A DNA stretch of 63,989 bases, the filler included, from Perkinsus olseni (Eukaryota), in the NCBI GenBank assembly GCA_013115125.1. It is 5 parts of 5 records of this genome, joined end to end, with 100 filler letters (N's around TTAATTAATTAA, not from the genome) between each part and the next. Parts side by side here need not be neighbours in the genome. Positions count along the whole stretch, not along the records: positions 40,484 to 53,798 come from JABANN010000762.1; positions 53,899 to 63,989 come from JABANN010000897.1; 3 more parts are not named here. One strand, written 5' to 3'. Position numbers and translations under genes: made by a program. The number at the start of each line of letters is the position of its first letter. The stretch's first letter is position 1. Under the pieces are notes generated by a model. That model was not told the origin of the DNA. It searched no databases and was given only the letters and a program-made list of their open reading frames with translations. Shown in pieces: positions 45,997-58,300 of this stretch.

Positions 45997-46962
45997 CTAA
46001 CGGCCACCTGGGTGATAATTTATCACTGATAAAGCCGGCGAGCTCACCCCAGCCGTTCTCTGGGACATCCGTTGAGGGTCATTCATACAATTACGAGCAA
46101 AATGCCCATAGTCACCACAGTTGTAGCACTGCACAGCGGAGCACCACACCGAAGTTGGTACTTGGTCTGACGCCGGGTCAGAGGAAGCTCCTTTTTGAGG
46201 TGGGTGAAAATGCTCGTAACGACGTGCAGCTTCGATCAACAACTGGATCGAATCATAACGGGCTTGGCGGGCAATAAGCTCCTTCCTTATATCTTCACGA
46301 AGCTTCACAGTAAATTGAAGCTGGAGCTGTATATCATCAGACTTCTTCACCCCATCGGTTTCAGATGACACGATGAAGATACCGGGGATGAGTTTCTGTA
46401 AGTCATGATGTAGGTCGAGGAAACGGACTGAGAATTCTTCAACAGTCTCAGAGTCCTCTTGGGCCATGCCATTGAAACGGGTCAACAACTCGAGGGTTTT
46501 TTCCTCCTTAGGCTTGCCCCTCTTGGAAGCAAGGTAGTCTTGGACCTTCACATAATATTCCAAGAACTGTTTGTCATCCTCGGCAGCATCGAGGTCTGAA
46601 CGATACTGTGCTTCGGCAAGCCTTATCAAGTCGAAAGATCGACGGTCGTTGATCACTTGTTGCTTGAGGAGTGCGACCCAGTGCTTAGGGGGAGTACCCG
46701 TTGTTTCTAGTAGCGATCTTAGCTGAATGAGGAAGTCATCCAAGTCATCCGTGGAGTGGAAGACAGGAAGCACGATGTCGGGTAACCGCAAACCCAATGA
46801 TGATGAATGATTCGTCGCAGCATTAGAAGTAGAGCTTGTACTAGTACTTCTTTCCTGCGCGATAATAGCGACTGCCTCGGTGAGTTGAGTCACAATGTAA
46901 CGGGTTCGAGTGAATGTAACTGTAGAGGGTGTAGGCCTAGCGACTGGAACTTGGTAACGCAA
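45997..46962 (-). CDS. gag: Ty3/Gypsy gag with CCHC zinc knuckle (no ATG start seen)
   Basis: QEDSETVEEFSVRF major-homology-like motif; CYNCGDYGHFARNC. Confidence 0.9.
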   Translation of the reverse strand: MRYQVPVARPTPSTVTFTRTRYIVTQLTEAVAIIAQERSTSTSSTSNAATNHSSSLGLRLPDIVLPVFHSTDDLDDFLIQLRSLLETTGTPPKHWVALLKQQVINDRRSFDLIRLAEAQYRSDLDAAEDDKQFLEYYVKVQDYLASKRGKPKEEKTLELLTRFNGMAQEDSETVEEFSVRFLDLHHDLQKLIPGIFIVSSETDGVKKSDDIQLQLQFTVKLREDIRKELIARQARYDSIQLLIEAARRYEHFHPPQKGASSDPASDQVPTSVWCSAVQCYNCGDYGHFARNCMNDPQRMSQRTAGVSSPALSVINYHPGGR

Positions 46963-47448
46963 TAACTAGTGAACTTGTAGAAGTAGCTGAGCTACGGAGA
47001 CTTAGGGGAGTGACTGTAGAGTAGAGTTAGGGCAGCGCGCGCAGGGCGACCAACAACCACAACAATTAGCTATGGATCCTATGCTGCACGCAAGCACATG
47101 GATGTGCGCAGAATCCCGTAACATGCTGCTGGTGCTCTGCGCACAACGGCCTTTGCGCATGCGTACAGTTTCGTACGTGGGTGAAATAGTTGCGTAGGCG
47201 TTTACCTGTTTATCCTCAGCTCAGCTTGACGCTGGCGAATGGCGGGTAGTTGAAGACAGAATCTGACGATCCCACTAACCATATACCTTTCGAGCTCCTC
47301 TTGGTTAGGAGCCCCTCGCTTGACGTATGGCGTTTATCGCTCCACAGAGCTGAGAGATGGGCCTCATCGCATGCAAGGTGAGCTTCTCTCGACCAATCAG
47401 TTGGTTTGTACCGGTGACGAGCGTTGGTAGCGCGATTTCATCCTTTGA

Positions 47449-49872
47449 ATGAGCAGTCCACTCGCCTTTATCGCTCTTCTCTGTTGTTGGAGCCTCTCTG
47501 TATTCACTGGCTGTAGCGGGAAGAACGGGAAAAATGGAGGAAATGGGAAGCCCGGGTCTCCCAACATCACTGCGAAAGGGTGAGTTTGAACCTAAATGGA
47601 CTGGTGAGGGCTAACACGCGTGCCGTTGATTCTTCCACCCGAAGGAGCCGCGGTTTGAAGGAACGAATGAGTGGGATTGTTCACGAGATTCATACGCAGT
47701 CCGTCTGTCAACAAGAATACCCATGGCAGAATTACTGCCCTGAGAATTTCCAGTCTTTCTGTTGTTTGGGCTGCCGTCGGGAATCAGATAGTACCATCGA
47801 TCTATATTAACAATTGCTGCCTAACTAAGTCTGGAGTCCTCTGTTATAATTCCAACCTCAGAGTCACCACAGCAGCTAGTGGGAAGAGATGGGCAAATGT
47901 CGATGTGGAAGTATCCACAGGACGTGCGAGGAGTCCGCAAGTCACGCTGGCGACGGGTATCGTCTGATGGGAGCGCTTGGCTCTCCGGCTGTTGCCGTTG
48001 GTGGCAGATTCTGTCAGTCGGTGGCCAATCGTCGGCTACGGAGGGGCTGTCACTCAGGGAGATTTCCTTAACTTGCGAGAAGAACAGATAACCGGCATCG
48101 TCGATGCGTGAGGATTGAGGACCTTATTCTTGGAAAATAATTGATCCACGATGATGAGGTTGTCTAGGTTCTTCGGTCCTAACGGGCTTGATTACAACAT
48201 GGTACGATTGCCGATACATTCGACGGTGAATGGTTATGTTTTTGACAATGTTTCCGATGACTTCGAGCTCAAGTATTTTGATTATAACCTCACTGGTGAT
48301 AGAACGAGTGGCAAGATGAACATGATTGAAAAAATACTCAAAAAGAAGAGGGACGTTAAGATACTTGGTGAGGTCGCGCGTCGTGGGCGAGCCAGCTTAC
48401 GAGGGTTTGCTGTCTATCTCAGGCAGTGTTTGGTCACCGCCGTCGTGGATGAAACTCGGCAATCACAGTATGAATGGCAGTCCGAATCCATGCCTTAAGA
48501 GAGATCTAAGATACCACGAGGTGTGGGCAAAGTATCTTGTTACATGGGTAGGTAGGGATCATTGGCTACCCTCTTCAGCTCCACTCAGGTCGACGCATAC
48601 GAGAGGCTTGGAGTGCCAATATGGGCCATCACGCAGCAGAATGAGCCGCAGTAGGCCGACTGTTCTTCGAGGCCAGGAGGAGCACTCTCCTGCAGGAACT
48701 ACTTCACACAAAGCTGGGGTACATGTATCTTCGAGCCCAAGGCCCAACTTGCCTTCATTCGAGATCACCTCGGCCCCGCTATGAAGGCGGCTAATAAAAG
48801 CACCAAACTGTTCTTTAATGACGACGACAAGAACTTCCTCCCAGATGTGGCGAAGCTGATCCTCGAAGACGAAGTTGCTGCTGGGTAGCCTCACAGCAGC
48901 AGTGCATTAGCGATGAATATCAAGGCCCTCTGTCAGGTTTGTGGACGGCGCCGCGATTCACTGGTATACGTTTGACCAGTACGCTGCCTTGAAAGACTAT
49001 AAGGAAAAGTATCTCAAGAAGTATACTCTAATCAGCACCGAAGCGAGTGAGTTGCCTTCTGCGTCCCGAGTTCGACGTAATGACATTACGGTAATGTCCC
49101 TTGCCAGCTAATGGTGATCCGATCCAGGAAAGTTTCTTCAAGACCGACTGGGACCGAGCGATGCACTATGCCCACGGCACGATAGTTGACTTCTTCCATG
49201 GAGGGTCTACTGTGTTCATGGATTGGGTCATGACTGGGGTAAGTAGTAGAAGCCGATATGGACCGTATCAGTACCATATCATATGGTACGTATCCAGTGA
49301 ATCTTCATGCGTGGACCGCGCATAGATCGCGATTCCGCTGGACCTTTTCCCCGTGAGGTGTGCTTGCTGACCTCTCTCAGACCAAAAACCTCATCACGGT
49401 CAATAAGGATAGCAGCACAATAACGGTGAGTCAATCTTGTCGGCCTCTGTGTGTATCAATTTCTGCTCACCAGAGATCTCACCGTCCCCTTGTATTCAGT
49501 TGAACACGCCTTACTACACGTTCGGGCAAATAACTAAATATTTCAAACCGGGTTACTCCGTCTTGACGTCACTCAACGTCATCAGCCCAGGCCAGCAAGC
49601 TGATGGTGTATTCCCAGCTGGGATTGAGGCAATGGCAGCGATAAACCCGTCGAGAACTGAGATCGTTATTGTGGTAGGGATGCCTCCAGAAGCGCTCCTC
49701 TCCACTGTTCTGGGTTCAGGTCCTGTGTGATGATCGCCATGAGAGTAACTCGACCATTGCTGAGCTACTGATCGAACTAGACCTCGGCGGTGGACGCTAC
49801 TCGACCATTGCTCTAAAAGATGTCGAGCAACGAAGTGTGACTACCGTGGTTCTCACAACTGATAAATTTTGA
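47449..49872 (+). CDS. Glycoside hydrolase family 30 (glucosylceramidase-like), multi-exon
   Basis: IVGYGGAVT, FFGPNGLDYNMVRLPIHS, GSVWSPPSWMK, WAITQQNEP (acid/base Glu), DGAAIHWY, LISTEA (nucleophile Glu), WDRAMHYA, FMDW, YYTFGQITKYF. The exon near 48060-48200 is unresolved. Confidence 0.88.
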
Positions 49873-50343
49873 GGCTTTGTCCTGCAGCTTTATTGACGTT
49901 CCCTATCACACATGGACTTTTTAGTGATGCTTGTATATTGAGATGATGCCATTCTCCTTTTCTTGACCTGAGTCCGACAGTGTTTCGCTGTAGTTGCTCT
50001 CGGGAGTTGCTGCAGACAAAAAATACCGGAAGCGTTTGTACGGATGGGGGTCTAATACTACTCCCTAGGATCGACTAGTAGATCTCAGGACGAAAAACCA
50101 ACACCACGGTCATGATCTCACCCCCCAAAAGTAACCAGCAAGGGTTCCTGCCCGGCCGGAGCTCAACGCGCACGCCCCTACGATCGATGCGATGTCGCGC
50201 ACTTCGTCGTTGAACTTGCTCCCTGGCTGGACCTTCACGGGGGCCAGCGATGCGAAGGGTACAAGGTGAAGGTGAAGCCGGTCCTCGGGGAATGTATCAT
50301 TCACACATTTGTCAACATGAAAGCCACGTTTCTATGGTTGTGT

Positions 50344-50415
50344 GGTTCTATGGTGTAACGGTAAGCACTCCAGACTCTGAATCTGGCGATCTGGGTTCAA
50401 ATCCCGGTAGAACCT
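50344..50415 (+). tRNA. tRNA-Gln (CTG)
   Basis: Cloverleaf: acceptor GGTTCTA/TAGAACC, anticodon stem CCAGA/TCTGG with loop CT-CTG-AA, T-loop GTTCAAATC. Confidence 0.95.
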
Positions 50416-50724
50416 ATTTATGCGTCTAGCTCCGATAGAAACAATGCTTGCAGTGGGCTTGTATCGAAGCGACTATACGCTAGTCAGCCCAGTGGAAGCT
50501 TGCCCCTACCCGAACACAAGAGGTTGTATAGCATCTGATGTTCAGCATATGGAGATTCGACTTCCAACACAGAAACTCATCTGAACGTTGGAAAAATTCG
50601 AATAAACGGAGTTACGTGATCTGGAAGTTAATGCAGATGAGGTGTTGTGATTGGCAAGGAAAACTGATCCCCAAGCAGGTAGTCCATGAATAGCAGACGG
50701 AACCGAGCAATGCGACCTTCATCG

Positions 50725-52100
50725 TCACTCCTGGGGCTCGGGAAGCTGCTCTAACCAGTCAATTGCGTGAACTGTTAAGCCGGAACGTCCTCGATCATCT
50801 ACGATCTGATTCAAGAGGTGTGCAAGATACCTGATCAGCAGTCGTTCAATCCGAGCTACACAGCTTCGAGGCAAGGGGTCGTCGCTTTTCCCGGCCCTTC
50901 GATCCAATACCCACCTCCGATGGCCTGGCTCTAGAAGTGTCCAGAGCGCCCTTCTCTCAGTTGACTGGCGGAAGCGGTCCAACACATTCGTTAGAGTCTG
51001 TTCATCTCCATGTCGGAATATGACCTGATGCCACCACCCGGGGGAAGCATGGCATCACAGCACCCGGCCGAGTAGGGAGGGAAGCCTTACGTCGAAACTC
51101 TTTGTGTAATGGCCATCAGCCAGAAGCCGCAAGGCTATGGTAGATTCCTCATCCAGGCCCCCTTGCCGTTCCGAGAGGAAGTCAGCAGACCTCCTTCGCA
51201 CTTGTCGCAGCACTTCATCAGGAGAAACTCCGGCACTCGAGCTTTCAGAAGTCATCCAAAGTCGGGATGACATCTTCGTCTCGGTGGGAGCCTTCTCCTG
51301 AAGTACCATTGTACTAGTCCTGTGGAAGCATCTGTGCTTACCGCCATCAATCGTTCTCGCTCCCACCTCCCAGACACGTCTTCTGGTTCGCGTGGCCGAG
51401 CCAACTCTCCCGAGCTCGTGCTGTCGACCAGCTCAGACGCGACCGGACGTTCGCTAGCTCCATCCCATGTTACAAGAGGGGCACTGCTGTAGACGAGTTC
51501 ACTGGCCCCTAAGGGGATCTGCTCGAGTTTCACCTGATACCCTCGAGTGCTGGTGAGGCCTTCGGGTAAACTGGAGGGCCTGTTGCTCAGTGAGAGGCTC
51601 ATCTCATCGAGGCAGAGCATCGTAGGTTGCGGATACAGGTTCTCATTCAAGCTGATAGTCGGGATGCCGTTCCTCGCTTCTGTCATTCCGGTTGTCGGTG
51701 GGTAGGTGCTCCGGTGAGAATACAGGGATTCTAACTGCTCCTCCATAGATCTGGCTGAATCACCGTTCGGCTGCCCTCTTACAAGCTCGTCACCCTCCCC
51801 AAGCTCACACGACAGCTCGCTCGGGTGCAACCCCTGGGCATCCGGGTGGTTCTCCGTGACTTCGCTTTCACTGTCTTCCACGTTATCATCGATAATGAGA
51901 AATTGCTCACCAGCGTTATCGGCTGCTGAGGTCTTCTCCCCTGGATCCTCGTCTGGTGGTAAATGGGAAACGGAATGCGAACTGTTCATCGAGGTGGTAC
52001 GAGGCCGATGCGGCGACGCCAGTGACTTCTGCAGGGCCTGCTCGTTGCCCTTTCGGGAGAACCTACGCAGTCTTACTGATTCGTTGAAGATATCTTGCAA
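50725..52100 (-). CDS. Hypothetical protein (acidic low-complexity N-part), multi-exon or broken
   Basis: Consecutive minus ORFs 51252-52100, 51055-51366 and 50725-50985; no family recognised. Confidence 0.4.
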
Positions 52101-52539
52101 GCTTCAACCTCGCGCAGGGCACCTCAATCTCCCAGCCCGAGGCTCTCTTTTAGTATGAGTTTAATATTTTACCGTAAATGGCAAAATAGAGTGGTTTTCT
52201 CTGCCAGAGCAGTAAGCCTTTTGTCTTGAAGTTCACAAGAAAACACGGAAAAGCGCATGAGGCCCCAAAAAATGTAGTGGTGCAAGCGCACAACCACGAA
52301 GCCTCCGCTCGACGCTAGCAGTTGATTTAGAGGACTGGTTCTGAGTATGTCACGCAGGAGGGCTGAGGGATAAGGTTGCCCCAGAAAAAGAAAAAGAGAG
52401 GGAAAAAAGGATTTGGGGGAGAGAACGGAAGGAAAAAGATTTCTTCTTGAAAACCCGAAACCCCACGGTATCAAGCCCCGTGCTGTTGTGCTATTCCTCC
52501 CACGATGGACGGTGGCACTGTTTGATAGTCAAAACCCTC

Positions 52540-53620
52540 CTACCCCATCTCGTAGGACTTGGACCGTCTCGGAGACTCAGTAAATCTCTGCTGATGCATG
52601 GCGGCTGCCCCTTGATGGTCCACAGCAGCTGCGAGTGTCCATGCTTGCCTAGCGAAGGCGATGGCCTGCCGCAGCCGTGGATTGGAACGGGTTAGCTCGT
52701 ACAAAGACAAGTTGGTACGGTCGAGGCTATCGAGGACCTCTCTCGTCGTAACGATACTCAGAGTCACTGAGGGAGGGAAGGAAGACGTCTTCGTTCTGAC
52801 AGTCAGCTTACCCCACTTGGCCAGGTGACCGAGGCATACGGTAGCAGCAAATGCCAAGGGTCTGCCCATCTCCAGCTTAGCGCCCTTCAGGGAGTGCGTT
52901 CCGTTGATAACGGATAGACAGGTGTTGGCTAGAAGGGCCAGGCTCGGAGGGGAGGGAGCGTGGCCGGCTGCCAAGTGCTCGACGGCGGCGGAGATGCTCA
53001 GCTCTAGCTCGACTGATGTGCGACCTGACAGGGCCCTCTTCTCGCTGCAGTGATCATTGGAGGCGCCATCCCCGTAGTTGCACAACACCGAGTTTCTGTC
53101 AGCAGCGCTGCCTGCCGAGGAATGTGTTCTAGGATCCATCGAGAATGGACCCCGACGTTGCACGCCGAAATCATTGCGAAGACGCGGGTTGTTCCCATGC
53201 CCGTGCCCTCACTCTCTCTTAGGAGTTGGAAAATTCGGGTAACATGGAGGTCCAGTAGGGACGGGCGAGTAGCTTCCCCGACTGGTCTGCTAGTTACCGA
53301 TTCGACGAGAGCTCTGGTGAAGTGCGCAATGACTAGGAACAATCTAACAGATAAGTCTATGAGGGATAAGTCCTCGGAATGGTCACTCACCCTCGGCGTC
53401 CTTGGAGATTCAGTTTTGGCTGACGGTTGCCGTCATCGTCTGCCTTCAGCAGTCCGAATAAACGGCTGACGATCAACTCATAATAGACTGGCCAGTTCTG
53501 TTCTGGAGTAGCTGCCGTTATATCGCGCCAGATCTCCACGACGGTCTGGGAGATGACCTGATTATCATGCTGCATCACTCGAGGACAGCCTTCAGCGCAA
53601 TCATCGATGATTGCACATCA
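52540..53620 (-). CDS. Hypothetical protein, multi-exon
   Basis: Consecutive minus ORFs 53387-53578, 53004-53390 and 52540-53163 with helical character. Confidence 0.35.
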
Positions 53621-53798
53621 GCGGGCAATAGTCACGGATGAATAGTGAAAGGAATTCGAGAATAAGTATAATGACAGTGATGCCGCGGTGTCTCGTTGCA
53701 GCGGATGGCGTTCTCGAGCCATGTGGCATACAGGGTGTTCCAATTCGATATGCAAATCACAAAAATCAGTCTAATTCAGCACATACTACGTGTTTGAG

Positions 53799-53898
53799 NN
53801 NNNNNNNNNNNNNNNNNNNNNNNNNNNNNNNNNNNNNNNNNNTTAATTAATTAANNNNNNNNNNNNNNNNNNNNNNNNNNNNNNNNNNNNNNNNNNNN
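53799..53898. other. Artificial scaffold linker
   Basis: N run + TTAATTAATTAA + N run. Confidence 0.97.
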
Positions 53899-54537
53899 AG
53901 CGCGAGAGCATCGAACCTCTACGTATGCCCTACCAGTAGCAACGCAGTGACGGTGAAGTGGCTACAAGCAGCTAAAACTTATGCTGATGTGATGCTTGTC
54001 CGGACCGTTCAAGGTGTTGGGAGGAAGAAGTTGATTCCACCGGGGCGCTATCTCAAGGCCGACGTTCAGGCTACGGAATTCGAGGAACTCGTCGATATGG
54101 AAATTAAGGTTTCGAAGGGGGACCCAAGAAAGCAAACTGCCAACATCACATTCTATCATAGAGAGAAGGGAGAGTATTCTCTCTATGAAATTCCTCTGAA
54201 GACTTACTTTTATCGCGCGGACCGCTCCGTAAATGTAGATGAGTATCGCCACCGTTGCTACGGTATGAGGGAGAATAACAGGCCGAATGAAATACTATCT
54301 GACCAATTTGCGGAGGTGGCCAAAGCTTTCGGAAAAGACTTGCCGGGTGTGTCGCTGTCTTCAGCCATGATCTGCGTGGAAGGGGAAGACTCGATATCCT
54401 TCAAATGCAGGGCCCAGAGGCGAGGCGCCGAATTTAGATCGGTGAACCTCGTACTAGACTCGACCAACCTGCACATGTTAGCTGAAGCCGCCATCGAAGG
54501 ACCACAGCCCAAGAGGCGGAGGATAGATAGTTCGTGA
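53899..54537 (+). CDS. Hypothetical protein, 5'-truncated
   Basis: Open ORF of at least 196 aa with globular composition and basic tail PKRRR. Confidence 0.5.
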   Translation, partial: SARASNLYVCPTSSNAVTVKWLQAAKTYADVMLVRTVQGVGRKKLIPPGRYLKADVQATEFEELVDMEIKVSKGDPRKQTANITFYHREKGEYSLYEIPLKTYFYRADRSVNVDEYRHRCYGMRENNRPNEILSDQFAEVAKAFGKDLPGVSLSSAMICVEGEDSISFKCRAQRRGAEFRSVNLVLDSTNLHMLAEAAIEGPQPKRRRIDSS

Positions 54538-55324
54538 AAGAGGAGAGAGACACTACCATCACTTCATATCTTCATGTTCGATGTTGATGTTATGCTGCTC
54601 ATGAGAGTTTGGTTATTGAGTGATGCACAAGAAAATCGGCACAGTAGCTGGCAGGCTGTTGAAAAAAATCAAGCCGCCCTACACAGGATATGCTCACTTT
54701 GCATAAGCTATTTTGTAAGAGCATTTATAATTCACGCTGAGCTGCGATCTCTGTGCTCTCCATTACTCCAGCTCTCCCCATTCAGAGACGACCAGGTGCT
54801 CGTGTGTGTGAGTTGAACGTCCCGCTGAGAGTTGTAAGAATGCGCCAATCTTTCGAGCCTTCATCATTTCCTGCACACTCTCTTTGTCTTGAGGTCCTAA
54901 GAGCTCTCCGCAGAGGTCACGATAGCATTCAAGTAGAGGCGTAATCTCTTATCAGCTCCAAGCGCTAGATGACGTGATTCTGTGTCAGAAGAGTTTGAAG
55001 TGCTCTGAGGTCATCCACCCACAACGACCAGTTATTATCCTCGGTATTTGCCATTCTAATCAGCTGCGCCCGACGTTATAGATTCTATTAATCATCAACT
55101 GCGGTTGCCGTCCATTAAGAACTTCTGCCACATGTCTTGGTTCTAGGTGACTGTGATATGTATTCTCACTCCTCGGGGGGTAGCGTAGAGGGACTTGAAA
55201 CACCATGAATATAACCAGCATGAGTCTCCTGCCTCGTTCCACTATGTTGTGTTATACTACGAGATACCTTCATTCTCCCCTTCGCCAGGGCTGCCATTGG
55301 TTACTGGTTTTCCTCTTCTCCACC

Positions 55325-58300
55325 ATGCGTTTGACGGTAAAGGTGATGGACGTCCAATTCGATATCGAAGTTGGAAAAGGACAACAGCAAGCCCGCTGGC
55401 TAGGTTTGGTGGCAGCTAGCAGGTGGGGTTACGCCAGCCATTGTCTCAGCTGGAAGTCATCCTCGCCCCATCCCCAATGCCACGCTGCTCTCCTTATTGG
55501 AACCATTCGTAGACAGTGTTGGCACCCGCTCGATAGCGGAGTATCGTTCGATAAGGCCCTCTGGCGTATCGAAATACTGTATGAAGCATCATGTTTACCC
55601 ACGCTACTCTGTAGCAGCTTGCAAGCTCTCCTCATGCTTCCAACGTTCTTTGACGGAAATTCAACGCCTCACAGTCGTGTTTTTTAAAACAGCTCCTCAC
55701 TGCTATTGGAGTTCTCAAGATACGCGGAGCAAGCGTCCAGCCCCGGTACCTTCCTCTTACCAACTTCCGTCAAGACCATCGACAATAGAGCGATACAACC
55801 ACATCAGACTCTGAGGGCCGCGGCTGTTCATGGAGGTGAGAGGACGCCCTGCTGGATCCGCCCCGAGGGCTTGAGAGCTCCTTCGTTCGCTCGAAGTGCG
55901 ATGGTGCGTGAAACCACTTCCGTATTGGTTTTTTTATCCCTATTTCCCCATTCGAGAATTTATGATCATATCGCCATAGAACACCGATAAAGTATCAGTG
56001 TATTGCTCGTCAAAGATACGATTGTGGTCGACCTTTCCGTCCGTGGCGATGTGCTAGCGAGAATGGTAAATTGTGAAGATACCATGTAAGCAAGAGAGGT
56101 CCCTGGTTCAAATCCTAGTGACGGCATTAGTTATGCGAATTTACAGCCAGCCGCAGGAGGGATAGCCAAAGCCTTCGAGACCCTCGGTATCTCCGACGTA
56201 AAACAACAGCAGTCCGATCTCTGGCGGCAGGTGATGGTTTTCCCATTCACCTTCCTGTCGATGCTGTATCGTCACGTTGCCTTCAGGAAGCCTACGAGAA
56301 GGGGTCGAACCTCGTAAGATGCCGAGTCCGATGGATTCCCGGCAAGCTACATTTGAATGAACTCCCCGTTAAAGTGAGAGGGCCAATGATATTACTAAGG
56401 GCGCGTTGCTGCTGCGGACACTATGCATATGATACCGACACTCTCTACTTAATGCGTCTACCAGTACCGTACTTCTACCACTTCGCATCACAGCTGCTAC
56501 TGCCACTAAGTTTTCTTTGCACAGGTCTGCGGTAACTACATGGTCGATAATAAATGGTTGAAGCTGTTCCCCCAAGCCGAGTTTGGTGGTCCTTTCGACC
56601 TCCCTCTGGAGGCTGTTGATGCCGGTGATGGTGCGGGTTACCATTGGGTGAGGTCTGCTGCCCATCCACCACTCGACCTGGCCACCCCTCCCTCAGGATG
56701 CCCTCATCCGAGCTCCTCCCGGAACGGCCGTATTCAAAGTGGGTTTCATTCTGGTTGTTCTCTCATCGTATGCCAAGTCGAACCCTCCTCACAGAAGCTC
56801 CTCTCTGCTAATCAGTTTGTGCTACCGGACGGAAAGAAAATCGTATGTAATAACATACCGGTCATTGGCAACACGGAAGATGATCACGCTCAGAACATCA
56901 TGCATTTCAAGTGGGACGTAAGCTTGGGAATTGACGACTTTCTTGGCACTATCGAGACTATATATTGGACGCGTATGAAAGAGTAAAAACTTGGTACCGT
57001 TTCACTGATGACACCGACCAAGATTCGGATGGTTGTCACGAGGACACTTGTATTCAGGCGCCGATCGTGGAGGACCCCGAGTTTGCCTTCGACAAGGTTA
57101 GTACAGTCAGTAGCGGAGGGAGGGCTGCTTCTGTAAGGTGCAACAGCGGATATAAACTCAGTATCACTTCCTTGTCATTTCGTCCATCGTCGTGAATTGG
57201 TTGGTGAGAGTGGAGTAATGATTCTATCAACAGTTTGCAGAGTCGTCCTACTTGGTGTAGCGATTATGTTTGTTTATCATCCCGAGCTCTACTGTAGCGT
57301 TGATGTTTTCAGAAGGACCCTAGGTTTAGAGGGGACTGGGAGAAATTGAAGTTGACCTGGTTGGAAGGTGAAGATCAAGCGAACGTAAAGGTGAGTACAA
57401 GGAGGTATCGGGTTCGATTCCCGCACGTTGCATTTACATCCAGGATGTCCTCATCGAGTTCTATGAGGCTTTGATTGACCTGTTCGATTCCTATGCATTC
57501 ATGGGAGTCCAAGGTGAGGGCGGTGGTGTCTCGATGTCGGTGTTGAGTGTTGCATCCTCTGCAGCTGGGGAGGGCGAGGGCAGCACAATAGGGGCTGATG
57601 ATTTTAAACATCTCATGGTAGACCAATCTGCGACAAGTATGGGCACTAACCGTTCTACGTTTATAAGATACAATGCGGATTATTGACCGGACAGGAGGGT
57701 GGTGTGATCGATTGGTCCCCCACCATCAAGGGATGGCTTTGTGAGATAAATCCGGCATTATTCTCAACTTCGAGACTTTGCCTACAACAGAGGTTGGAGA
57801 GGTAGGTTAAACGACTTTGCCGCCGCCACTCGTTACGTTTTCTCACTGATCGCGGCTGCATCCGCTGGGCTACCAGGCCGTCCTGATCATCCTTCGTACA
57901 TCTCTTCTATGTTGCTCTCTTCACTTCGGATGAGCTAGCTATCGTAAAAGCAAAGTCCTAGACCTCCCTTTAGGTCCTTGCAATCGCTTGCGTCGTTCGA
58001 CTGCTGGCCCTTGTTCCCAGGTACCAGTACCTGGACCTCCTCGTCAGGGTGGCTATCCGAGTCAGTGGACATACTCAGGGTGAGTCAGCCATTGCTAATT
58101 TCGTGGCGAGTGACTGGCCCAGACGGAGTACCACCAGCGGACGAAGCGGTATTTCAATTTATAAAGGAAGTGCTATTGCCAGTCATGGACGAGTAAACCT
58201 TCTCACATCAAATGGGCGGCGATGGTTCATCTGTCAGATACGATGAGGACTACATACGAAGGCAGGCTGTTGAAAAAGAGAATCTCATCGTCCTGCAGAA

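Larger units (their letters stand above)
40600..47064 (-). mobile_element. Ty3/Gypsy LTR retrotransposon body (paired LTRs not resolved)
   Basis: gag-pol order PR-RT-RH-IN; PPT-like AGAGGGGGG on the minus strand near 40600. Confidence 0.85.

Noticed and set aside
46895-47064. Candidate 5' LTR (TGTTG...TTACA on the minus strand)
   Set aside because: No matching second copy at the 3' end within the scaffold and no TGG-type PBS after it.
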